DNA from: an uncultured Thalassospiraceae bacterium
GTDB taxonomy: Bacteria; Pseudomonadota; Alphaproteobacteria; Rhodospirillales; Casp-alpha2
Direction of reading: 5' to 3'
Assembly: GCA_964344215.1 (NCBI GenBank)
Contig: CAYFMP010000010.1
Location: forward strand, 7,446-71,445
DNA length: 64,000 nt
Below the pieces are notes generated by a model. That model searched no databases, had not been told where the DNA came from, and saw only the letters and a list, made by a program, of their open reading frames with translations. Positions within the stretch are counted from its first letter, which is position 1, and each line of letters starts with the position of its first letter. Shown one piece after another: positions 53,238 through 61,779 of this stretch. The translations under genes were made by a program, and so were the position numbers.

Positions 53238-56200
53238 ATGACGTCCGGAACCGGGAGCAAAGACCGTGACGGCCGGTGCCGCACGTGGGGATTGCCGCGG
53301 CGCCTTCGTCATCAGGTCGGTCGTACCGTCCGCGTGGCGGCGCTGGCGGCGGCGGTGTTCGCGGCCGCGGCCGCGGCATTACAAGAGGCCAGAGCCAACG
53401 AGCGCGTGTTCGTCGGCGCTTCGACAAACAACTTCCCTTCCGTCAATGTATTGGACAAAAATGGCGAACCGACGGGATTCGACCGGGAGCTCGCGCAAGC
53501 CGTCGTCGCTGCGGCCGGGGGCACGGTGACTCACATGTATTCCCCGATTTGGACCGAAGTGCTGAAATGGTTGGACAGCGGCGAGGCCGATTTCGTTCAC
53601 GATACGGGATTCACCGAAGATCGGTTGGCCTATCTGGACTACAGCGATCCCATACTCGAGATGCCGGAGCGGATTTTCGTCAGATCGGAACGCTTCGACA
53701 TCGCCCGGTTCGAGGACCTGAATGGAAGGACGATCGCCTGCATCAACCAGCACACCAGCCATCTCTTTTTGGTGAAGTTTCCCGAGATCGAATGCGAGAT
53801 CGTCAAGCGGCCGGTCGACGGGATTCTGGCGGTTCTCAACGGCGACGTCGACGCCTTCGTCTACCCACGTCAGATCGCCCTCTACTACGCCTACAACATG
53901 CGTCTTCGCGGCGAAATCAAAGCGGTCGGCCCACCCGTTCGCACGCTCACCTGGAACATGGCCGTGAAGAAAGGGAACCGAGATGTTATGGCGATGTTGA
54001 ACGAAGGCATCGCCAAGGTCAAAGCCAGCGGCGAACTAAAGAAGATCTACGACAAGTGGTTCGGCGAATCGATGTTTCACGGCCATTCGACCGATGCTAT
54101 CGCTGTCGTTGCGGGCGGCGCCATTGTGATGACGGCGCTCGCCGCCGTTATCGCGTTCATCCTGTTTTACGCGCTGAAGACCCGGTCGGCCCGCGATCGC
54201 CTGGCCGAGACGCTGGAAATCAGCCGACGGTTCGAGGAGGCACTCCGCGATAGCGAGGAGCGGTTCCGCGTCATCGCCGAGACCACGCCGGTCGCCATGA
54301 TCGTCGCCCGAATGTCGGATGCCCGGATCGTCTATTCGAACCATCATGCGGCGCACGTTCTCGGGTTGCACGACACCGCCCTGTTCGGCCGCACGTTGAC
54401 CGATTTCTACGTCGAGCCGTCTCGCCACGAACGCCTGCTCGAGGCGGCCGCCAACCAACGCGTCGTCCGCGATATCGAGCTCGAACTGTGCGCCGTCGAC
54501 GGGACCGTCGTATCGATCCTGGTGGCGATCAGGAAAATCCTTTACGACGGCGAGGAATCGATCGTGTTCGGCTTCAACGACATCTCGGAGCGCAAGCGCA
54601 CGGAGGAAGCGCTCAGGCAAAGCGAGGCGCGTTACGCCGGGATCGTCGAGGACCAGACCGACCTGATCAGCCGGATAGCGGGCGACGGCACGCGGACATT
54701 CGTGAACTCGTCGTTCTGCCGGCTCCTGGGAAAGACCGAGGCGGAATTGCTTGGCACGCCGGTATATGAGATTGTTCATCCCGACGACGTTCCGCAGCTA
54801 AGGAAGTACTTGGCCGCGTTCACGCCCGAATCGTCCAGAAGCGAGACCGAGAATCGCGTCCGCCGTCACGACGGGGAGTACCGTTGCATTCATTGGGTCT
54901 ATCGGGCGGTCTTCGATCCGAAAGGCCGGGTGCGGGAATACCAAGCCGTCGGGCGCGATATAACCGAGCGCAAGAGGTTGGAATCGATCTCCGAGCGCCT
55001 GACCGCCGCCATCGACGCGCTGTCCGAGGGGGTCGCCCTTTACGATGCCGAGGACCGGTTGGTCTTCGCCAACAAGAAACTCATCGAGAACAACGCGCCG
55101 ATGGCCGAGCACATCAGGCCCGGCCTCGGCTTCGAGGATTTTGTTCGAATGCTGGCGGCCAACGGGCTGGTACCGGAAGCGGCGGGGCGCGAAGAGGAAT
55201 GGCTGGCGGAGAGAGTGGCGCGGCACAGGAACCCCGAAGGGCCGTTCGAACAGCCACGGCTGGGCGGAAAGCATCTGCTTATCAGCGAAAAGCGCCTCCC
55301 AGACGGCGGCACCATGTCGCTCGCCACCGATATCAGCGAACGCAAGCGGACGGAAGAAGCGCTCCGGGACAGCGAGGCGCGCTATGCGGCGATCGTCGAG
55401 GATCAAACCGAGTTCATTGGCCGTTCGACGGCTGACGGGACTCGCATTTTCGTCAACGGCGCCTATTGTCGGTTTCTCGGCAAGACCGAAGACCAGTTGA
55501 TCGGGTCCCAGGTGCGAGACGTCCTCCATCCCGACCATGTCGAACTGCTTGAAGAGTGCTTGGCGTCACTGACACCGGGGTCTCCCCGGGCCGAAGCTGA
55601 CAACCGCGTTCGTCGCCACGACGGAGAATACCGCTGGGTTCACTGGGCCGTTCGCGGCGTCTTCGACGACGACGGCGATCTCGTCGAGTTCCAGTCGGTC
55701 GGGCGCGACATTACCGAGCGCCGCCGCGCCGAAGAAGCCGCCCAACGGCTGGGCCGGCTCGTCGAATCTTCGCTCAACGAAGTCTACGTATTCGATGCGG
55801 AGACCCTCCTGTTCACCGATGTCAACGCGGGCGCGCGGCGCAATCTCGGCTATGGGATGGACGAGCTGCGCGTTTTGACACCGCTCGATCTGAAACCCGA
55901 GTACACGAGGCAATCGTTTGAAGCTCTTCTCCGCCCGCTGCGCGACGGCGAGCAGCAAATCGTCACCTTCGAAACCGTCCACAGGCGGAAGGACGGCAGT
56001 GAATACCCGATCGAAGTTCATCTGCAATTGTCCTCCACCGAATCGCCGCCGGTGTTCATCGCCAATATTCTGGATGTCACCGAGCAGAAAGGCGCCGCGG
56101 CCTTGCGCGAGGAACTGGAGGCACAACTGCGTCAGGCTCAGAAACTTGAAACTCTGGGCACCCTCACCAACGGCATCGCCCATGACTTCAACAATATCCT

Positions 56201-57278
56201 GGCGCCGATCCTGGGTTTCGTGGAAATGGCGCTGTGCGACCTACCGGAAGGCACGCAGACCCACCGCAATCTCAATCAGGTCTTGCGCGCCGCCCTTCGG
56301 GCCAAGGACCTGGTCCGACAAATCCTTACCTTCGGCGGCAAGTTGGAGCAGGAATTCCGACCACTCGACGTGGCGGTCATCGTTGCCGAGGCGTTGGGTC
56401 TGCTTCGACCTTCCCTGCCCTCGACCATCGAGATCGACGTCGATATCAGCCCCGATCTGCCCAGGATCATGGGGAACCCGACGCAGATACACCAAGTCGT
56501 CATGAACCTCTGCACAAATGCCTACCAAGCGATGCGGGACGAGGGCGGCATCTTGGGTGTTGGTATCGATACGGTCGAACCAGGGAGCGAGAAACTCCCG
56601 ATCAGTCTTGGGGCGGGAACGTATGTAGAGCTGACCATATCCGACTCCGGGCGCGGGATGGATGCGGAAACGATGGAGCGGGTGTTCGAGCCGTTCTACA
56701 CAACTCGGGAAGTCGGCGATGGAACGGGCCTCGGCTTGTCGGTGGCTCACGGCATCATCGGCGGCCACAACGGCACCATAACCGTTCAAAGCGCACCCGG
56801 TCGGGGAACGGCCGTTCGAGTCTACCTGCCGGTGACGGAAGCCAATACGCGAGAGGAGCCAGTGACGGCAGCCGACTCGGCATCGACCTTCGAGGGCAAC
56901 CATGTCCTCTATGTGGACGATGAAGTCGAGATCACCGAAATGAGCCGTCAAATGCTCGAGAGACTCGGTTTTCGGGTAACCGTTTCGACGGACTCGCGCA
57001 AGGCGCTAGAAACTTTCCGCGCCGAGCCCGACGCGTTCGATATCGTGATTACCGACTACACCATGCCGAAATTGACCGGACTGAAACTGTCCGAAGAAAT
57101 CCACAGGATTTATCCAGCGATGCCGATCATCCTGATGACCGGCGCCAAGGAAACCATTTCCCGGGCCGACCGGATCAGTCCGGCTATTCGCGTGGTGCTC
57201 AACAAGCCCGTCGAAATGGACGAGTTTTCCGGCGCCATCGGAGTAGCGTTGAATCCGACCCGTGCGGTTGGATCCTGA
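53238..57278 (+). CDS. Sensor hybrid histidine kinase: periplasmic type-3 solute-binding domain, TM, 5 PAS, HisKA, HATPase, REC
   Basis: 1346 aa. The SBP_bac_3-like region (FVGASTNNFPSVNVLDKNGEPTGFDRELA...) is followed by a TM (AIAVVAGGAIVMTALAAVIAFILF), repeated PAS modules, the H-box [11 protein letters not shown] and the receiver VLYVDDEVEI...VITDYTMPKLTG. Confidence 0.9.
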   Translation: MTSGTGSKDRDGRCRTWGLPRRLRHQVGRTVRVAALAAAVFAAAAAALQEARANERVFVGASTNNFPSVNVLDKNGEPTGFDRELAQAVVAAAGGTVTHMYSPIWTEVLKWLDSGEADFVHDTGFTEDRLAYLDYSDPILEMPERIFVRSERFDIARFEDLNGRTIACINQHTSHLFLVKFPEIECEIVKRPVDGILAVLNGDVDAFVYPRQIALYYAYNMRLRGEIKAVGPPVRTLTWNMAVKKGNRDVMAMLNEGIAKVKASGELKKIYDKWFGESMFHGHSTDAIAVVAGGAIVMTALAAVIAFILFYALKTRSARDRLAETLEISRRFEEALRDSEERFRVIAETTPVAMIVARMSDARIVYSNHHAAHVLGLHDTALFGRTLTDFYVEPSRHERLLEAAANQRVVRDIELELCAVDGTVVSILVAIRKILYDGEESIVFGFNDISERKRTEEALRQSEARYAGIVEDQTDLISRIAGDGTRTFVNSSFCRLLGKTEAELLGTPVYEIVHPDDVPQLRKYLAAFTPESSRSETENRVRRHDGEYRCIHWVYRAVFDPKGRVREYQAVGRDITERKRLESISERLTAAIDALSEGVALYDAEDRLVFANKKLIENNAPMAEHIRPGLGFEDFVRMLAANGLVPEAAGREEEWLAERVARHRNPEGPFEQPRLGGKHLLISEKRLPDGGTMSLATDISERKRTEEALRDSEARYAAIVEDQTEFIGRSTADGTRIFVNGAYCRFLGKTEDQLIGSQVRDVLHPDHVELLEECLASLTPGSPRAEADNRVRRHDGEYRWVHWAVRGVFDDDGDLVEFQSVGRDITERRRAEEAAQRLGRLVESSLNEVYVFDAETLLFTDVNAGARRNLGYGMDELRVLTPLDLKPEYTRQSFEALLRPLRDGEQQIVTFETVHRRKDGSEYPIEVHLQLSSTESPPVFIANILDVTEQKGAAALREELEAQLRQAQKLETLGTLTNGIAHDFNNILAPILGFVEMALCDLPEGTQTHRNLNQVLRAALRAKDLVRQILTFGGKLEQEFRPLDVAVIVAEALGLLRPSLPSTIEIDVDISPDLPRIMGNPTQIHQVVMNLCTNAYQAMRDEGGILGVGIDTVEPGSEKLPISLGAGTYVELTISDSGRGMDAETMERVFEPFYTTREVGDGTGLGLSVAHGIIGGHNGTITVQSAPGRGTAVRVYLPVTEANTREEPVTAADSASTFEGNHVLYVDDEVEITEMSRQMLERLGFRVTVSTDSRKALETFRAEPDAFDIVITDYTMPKLTGLKLSEEIHRIYPAMPIILMTGAKETISRADRISPAIRVVLNKPVEMDEFSGAIGVALNPTRAVGS

Positions 57279-57338
57279 GGAGTTGGAAGACCTATCGACC
57301 CTACGGACGCACCGCACGATGCAGTCGGTGCGGAAGGT

Positions 57339-58064
57339 TCAAGAATCGGCGGCCGTTACACGGACGGCGAACTTGTAGCCGACGCCCCGAATGGTCTTTA
57401 CGTATTTCGGCGCTTTTGGGTCGGGCTCGATCTTCTGACGCAGCTTTCCGACCAGTACGTCGATGCTGCGATCCGTCGGTTCCCAATCGCGGTGGCCGAC
57501 AAGATCGAGCAGACGATCGCGGCTTAGCGCCTGATTTGGATGACGGGCAAAGCTCGCCAACAGTTGAAATTCGTAGGTCGTGAGATGAACCGGCTCGGCG
57601 TCGGGAGAGTGGAGTTCATGTCCCAGCAGGTCGAGCCGCCACCCTTCGAATTCGAGAACCGCTTGGCCTTCATCGGGAATGACGTTCTTGCCGCGTTGCG
57701 TTCGCCTCAGAATCGTGTTGATCCGGGCAATGAGTTCCCGTTGTTCGAACGGCTTCGTGATGTAGTCGTCAGCCCCGACTTCGAGCCCTACGACCTTGTC
57801 TACCGTATCGCCTTTTCCGGTTAGCATGACAATCGGGATGTCCGATCCGGCGCGAATTTCCCGCGCCAAGGAGAGGCCGTCTGTACCGGGGAGCACGAGA
57901 TCGAGAATAACGAGATCGGGTTTACGGAGGTTCATTCGAGTCCGCATCTGCTCGGCATCGGCGGCGATTGCCACGCGAAACCCCTCGCGGGTCAGCTGTT
58001 GATCCAGTAGATCGCATATCGCCGGATCGTCATCGACTACCAGAATGTCGCCCTTCGATTCCAA
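57339..58064 (-). CDS. OmpR/PhoB-family response regulator
   Basis: 241 aa with a TTG start (GGGAGG 5 nt upstream). REC (ILVVDDDPAI...VILDLVLPGTDG) plus winged helix (LTTYEFQLLASFARHP...IRGVGYKF). Confidence 0.92.
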   Translation of the reverse strand: MESKGDILVVDDDPAICDLLDQQLTREGFRVAIAADAEQMRTRMNLRKPDLVILDLVLPGTDGLSLAREIRAGSDIPIVMLTGKGDTVDKVVGLEVGADDYITKPFEQRELIARINTILRRTQRGKNVIPDEGQAVLEFEGWRLDLLGHELHSPDAEPVHLTTYEFQLLASFARHPNQALSRDRLLDLVGHRDWEPTDRSIDVLVGKLRQKIEPDPKAPKYVKTIRGVGYKFAVRVTAADS

Positions 58065-58155
58065 GCAGACCTCCCGTCCGCCAGATGTTAGGAGGCTCGA
58101 ATTGGTGATGCCTCATTCCCAGTATAGTTGAGCATCATCGAATGCAAAGCAAAAG

Positions 58156-58194
58156 CAAGCGACGGAGCCAAAGTTTCGCTGTCGCTTGTTTGTT
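58156..58194 (+). terminator. Terminator-like hairpin in the OmpR / CHASE-kinase divergent region
   Basis: 8-bp stem CAAGCGAC/GTCGCTTG with a 17-nt loop, followed by TTTGTT. The reverse strand is also followed by a T-rich tract. Confidence 0.35.
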
Positions 58195-58457
58195 CGACCC
58201 TCAGTTACAAAACTTAACGATCCGGTTTCGAATATTCACTTGATTTGAATTCAATCGTTACCGGTACCCACTACGCTGACAGCGAGATCGGACTGAACGC
58301 CGCGAAGGCGTGGAAGAAGCAAACTCCAGCCGGTCTCGCTGGAACGAAGGTGGTCGAAGAAAAGTTGGGATGGCTAAGGCAGAGACTGCTCCGAGAGACT
58401 TCAGTTCACCAATCCGCCATAGCGGGCCCATCACTTGGATCATGCGGAGGAACGGGG

Positions 58458-60401
58458 ATGAGTGATCTCTCGAGAACTCAGTCCGCTGCGGATGTTTATC
58501 GAGATTGGTTTCAGTACTTGCCGGCCAGCCTCGTTCTGTGCTTCGGTTTGGTCGCCACGGTGGCCGCGGTCTACGCCGCCTCGAACTACAACCTCGCGCA
58601 AGAGCACCAGAAATTCGAGCGTCTTGCCAACCAATACACCTCGGCTATTTTCCAGTCGATCGACCGCAATCTGGTGGCAATCCGATCGCTGGCAGCCCTC
58701 TACGCGGCTTTCAAATCGGTCGAGCGGGAGGAATTCGAAGCGTTCACGCGAACGACCCTTTCCGAACTTCCCGGCATTCGAGCGATGGAATGGGTTCCCA
58801 GGGTCCGTGCCTATGAGCGGTCACGGTTCGAGGCCTCGGCGAGGGCCGACGGGTATCCCGGGTTCCGAATAACCGAAGCGGACCCGTCCGGAACTCCGGT
58901 GCGGGCCATGCCACGCCCCGAGCACTTTCCCGTCTATTATGTCGAACCCTTCAAAGGCAATGAAGCAATGCTCGGCTTTGACCTGGCTTCGAATCCGGCC
59001 TGGGCGGCGGCGCTCAGCTTGGCGCGCGACAGCGGATCGATGGTCGCAACCGAGCCTATCAAGCTAGTTCGAGGTTCATCCGAGCAGATCGGCTTTCTCA
59101 TCCTCCAGCCCATCTACAGCGACGGACCGCCGACTGGGCAGACCGACGACCGGCAACGCAATTTGCAGGGATTCGCCCTCGGCATATTCGTCGTCGGCGA
59201 GATCGTCGATGCGGCCTTGAGCCGATTCGAAGAAGCCGGCGATCTCGAATTCTACCTCCACGACATCGACGCCGAGCGCGAGAACAGGTTTCTCCATCAC
59301 CGCCCCGGGTTGGAACGCGGCGAGTTACGTGGTTCGGTGATGGAGGCGGTGGCTGCTCGCAATTTCAGTTTCGCCGAAAAACGCAATATCGCCGGCCGGG
59401 ACTGGTCGGTCGTCGTCCAAAGAAGCGCTGCCGCCGACGGTGGATCGTTGATGCCGTGGGCGATTGCTCTCCTCTGCCTGATGATCACCGCAGCCATGGT
59501 TTGGTACATGATTTCGTCGCGGAACTGGGCCGACAGCGTCGAGGAAATGGTGGTGGCTCGCACCGCCGACCTCCACGCCCGCGAGCGGGAGCTCTCCGAT
59601 CACCGCGATAAGCTTCAACGCGAAGTCGCCGAACGGGAGCGGGGGTTCAGCGAGCTGCAGCGGGAGTTCATCTCCATGGCGTCGCACGAGTTCCGAACCC
59701 CTCTGGCCATCATCGACGGAGCCGCGCACCGTATGCACCGCAACAGCCAGGACCTCACGCCGGACGAGCTGAAACGTCGCGTCACGAAAATCCGTCAATC
59801 CGTGAAGCGCATGCTCAATCTGATCGACACCATGCTCTGCACTTCGCGGCTGGATGCCGGAAAGATCGATATGGCATTGCAGTCCTGCGATCTCGCCTAC
59901 GTACTCTGCGATGTCTGCGAACGCCAGCAGGAGATTTCCCCGGACCACGCCATCGATGTTTATGTCGAGGGCCTGACGGAACGGGTGATGGCCGACCCGC
60001 GACTCCTCGACCAGGTATTCACCAACCTTCTGTCGAACGCCGTGAAGTACTCGCCGCACAGCCGCAGGATTGATGTCGTCGGGCGGATCGAAGGCGTACA
60101 GGCCATAGTTTCCGTCAGGGACTACGGGGTCGGGATTCCCGAGGACGAGGCGGACAGGCTGTTCGACCGCTTCTTCAGGGCTCGGACGTCCCAAGGTATC
60201 GCCGGTACTGGGATCGGCCTCAATCTCGTCCGGCGGCTTGTCGAAATGCACGACGGATCGATCGAAGTCGAAAGTGTCGAGGGGGCCGGTGCCGAGTTCA
60301 CCATCCATCTGCCTATCCGAATCGAACAAGCGAAACCGAAGCCTGTCACCGGCGATCCTCTCACGGCTCTCGAAAGGACGGTCGACGAACTCACAGCCTA
60401 A
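58458..60401 (+). CDS. CHASE-domain sensor histidine kinase
   Basis: 647 aa from the ATG at 58458 (GGAGGA upstream). TM, CHASE (IRAMEWVPRV...FPVYYVEPFKGNEAMLGFDLASNP...), TM, H-box MASHEFRTPLAII, DYGVGI / GTGIGLNL. Confidence 0.88.
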   Translation: MSDLSRTQSAADVYRDWFQYLPASLVLCFGLVATVAAVYAASNYNLAQEHQKFERLANQYTSAIFQSIDRNLVAIRSLAALYAAFKSVEREEFEAFTRTTLSELPGIRAMEWVPRVRAYERSRFEASARADGYPGFRITEADPSGTPVRAMPRPEHFPVYYVEPFKGNEAMLGFDLASNPAWAAALSLARDSGSMVATEPIKLVRGSSEQIGFLILQPIYSDGPPTGQTDDRQRNLQGFALGIFVVGEIVDAALSRFEEAGDLEFYLHDIDAERENRFLHHRPGLERGELRGSVMEAVAARNFSFAEKRNIAGRDWSVVVQRSAAADGGSLMPWAIALLCLMITAAMVWYMISSRNWADSVEEMVVARTADLHARERELSDHRDKLQREVAERERGFSELQREFISMASHEFRTPLAIIDGAAHRMHRNSQDLTPDELKRRVTKIRQSVKRMLNLIDTMLCTSRLDAGKIDMALQSCDLAYVLCDVCERQQEISPDHAIDVYVEGLTERVMADPRLLDQVFTNLLSNAVKYSPHSRRIDVVGRIEGVQAIVSVRDYGVGIPEDEADRLFDRFFRARTSQGIAGTGIGLNLVRRLVEMHDGSIEVESVEGAGAEFTIHLPIRIEQAKPKPVTGDPLTALERTVDELTA

Positions 60402-60427
60402 TTCGGAAAGAATGGGAATAACGGGAA

Positions 60428-60808
60428 ATGACCAAGATACTGTGCATCGAAGACGAGATACCCATTCAAGAGGACATCGTCGAGGAGTTGATCGATTTCG
60501 GATTCGAGGTCATCGCTGAAACGAACGGCCGGGACGGACTGCGCGCGATCATTCGGGACCAACCCGACCTCGTAATCTGCGACTGCCTGATGCCCGAGAT
60601 GACCGGCAGCGACATGTTCGAGGTGCTGAAGAGTGATTACCCGGAATTCGCCGGGATGCCTTTCATCTTTCTCTCGGCTCACGCTGACAGGAAACACATC
60701 GAGGACGGCGTCGACCTCGGCGCCGACGCTTATCTCACCAAGCCGGTCAATTTCGACATTCTGCTGACGATGATCGACGGTTTGCTGCAACGGGAAAAGG
60801 AAGCATGA
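60428..60808 (+). CDS. Single-domain response regulator (paralogue 1 of 4)
   Basis: 126 aa. ILCIEDEIPIQEDIVEEL...PDLVICDCLMPEMTG...PFIFLSA...GADAYLTKPVNFDILL. Confidence 0.9.
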   Translation: MTKILCIEDEIPIQEDIVEELIDFGFEVIAETNGRDGLRAIIRDQPDLVICDCLMPEMTGSDMFEVLKSDYPEFAGMPFIFLSAHADRKHIEDGVDLGADAYLTKPVNFDILLTMIDGLLQREKEA

Positions 60809-60869
60809 GCGCAAGTCGGGTCGACCGAGAAACGGAGGCCGCCCGCAGTTGCTGGGGAGAACAGGGAAA

Positions 60870-61757
60870 ATGGCGAGAATAGTTTGCGTCGAGGACCAGA
60901 CCGAAATCCGTGAAGATATCGCCGCCGAGTTGAAGGACGCCGGGCACATGGTATTCGAGGCCGAAAACGGCGTCACCGGCCTCAGCATCATCCAGAATTG
61001 CAATCCGGACCTTATCTTCTGTGACATCAACATGCCGGGGATGGACGGACGGCGACTTCTGTCCGAAATCCGCAACAATTACCCGAATCTGGCCGACATA
61101 CCGTTCATCTTCCTTTCGGCCTTGAATGAACGCGAGGACATCATCGCCGGCAAGATCGAAGGCGCCGACGATTACCTTGTTAAACCAATCGATTTCGATT
61201 TGCTCCTGGCAACCGTTGAATCCCAATTGCGCCAAGTCCAGCGAATGGTGAATAAGCGGGATCAACAGTTCGTAAGGCTCTATAAGACGCTTTCCGAAAG
61301 GTTCGCGAGCCAACACGATCCGAATTCGAAAAACGCCGAACCGTCGGCGCCGGACGATGTCGGGTCGATCAACTTGGTGACCGTCACCAATCAGGAGATC
61401 GACCTAAGCGAATTCCATCAGGCGATGGTCTCGCGCGGACATCGCGTGATCCAGATGGAGAGCGGACTGGAGTTTGTTCGCTCTCTCGAGCAATTCTCAC
61501 TCGACGTCTGCGTAGTGTCGTTCAACACAGTGGATGTCCAGGCTCCGGCCGTCGCCAACCTGCTTTCCGGCGCCGGTCTGAACCGCTTTCCGCTTCTGCT
61601 GGTCATGCCACCAAGCGCGCAAGATGTCGATGGGGCCGGATCCCGGGATTTCGCCGACACCGTTAGATGGCCGTGTGATGTCGGCGACTTAGTCCGGCGG
61701 GTGGAGGTCTTGTCGACCATGCGCGCATGTCCGGAAAAACAATCGGCGATGGCCTAG
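60870..61757 (+). CDS. Response regulator (paralogue 2) with a C-terminal pseudo-receiver-like domain
   Basis: 295 aa from the ATG at 60870. The receiver is as in its paralogues (IVCVEDQTEIRED...LIFCDINMPGMDG...PFIFLSA...DDYLVKPIDFDLLLATV). The C-terminal ~150 aa show an alternating beta/alpha pattern but lack the acceptor Asp. Confidence 0.85.
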   Translation: MARIVCVEDQTEIREDIAAELKDAGHMVFEAENGVTGLSIIQNCNPDLIFCDINMPGMDGRRLLSEIRNNYPNLADIPFIFLSALNEREDIIAGKIEGADDYLVKPIDFDLLLATVESQLRQVQRMVNKRDQQFVRLYKTLSERFASQHDPNSKNAEPSAPDDVGSINLVTVTNQEIDLSEFHQAMVSRGHRVIQMESGLEFVRSLEQFSLDVCVVSFNTVDVQAPAVANLLSGAGLNRFPLLLVMPPSAQDVDGAGSRDFADTVRWPCDVGDLVRRVEVLSTMRACPEKQSAMA

Positions 61758-61779
61758 TCGGTGACGAAGAGGCGACGAA

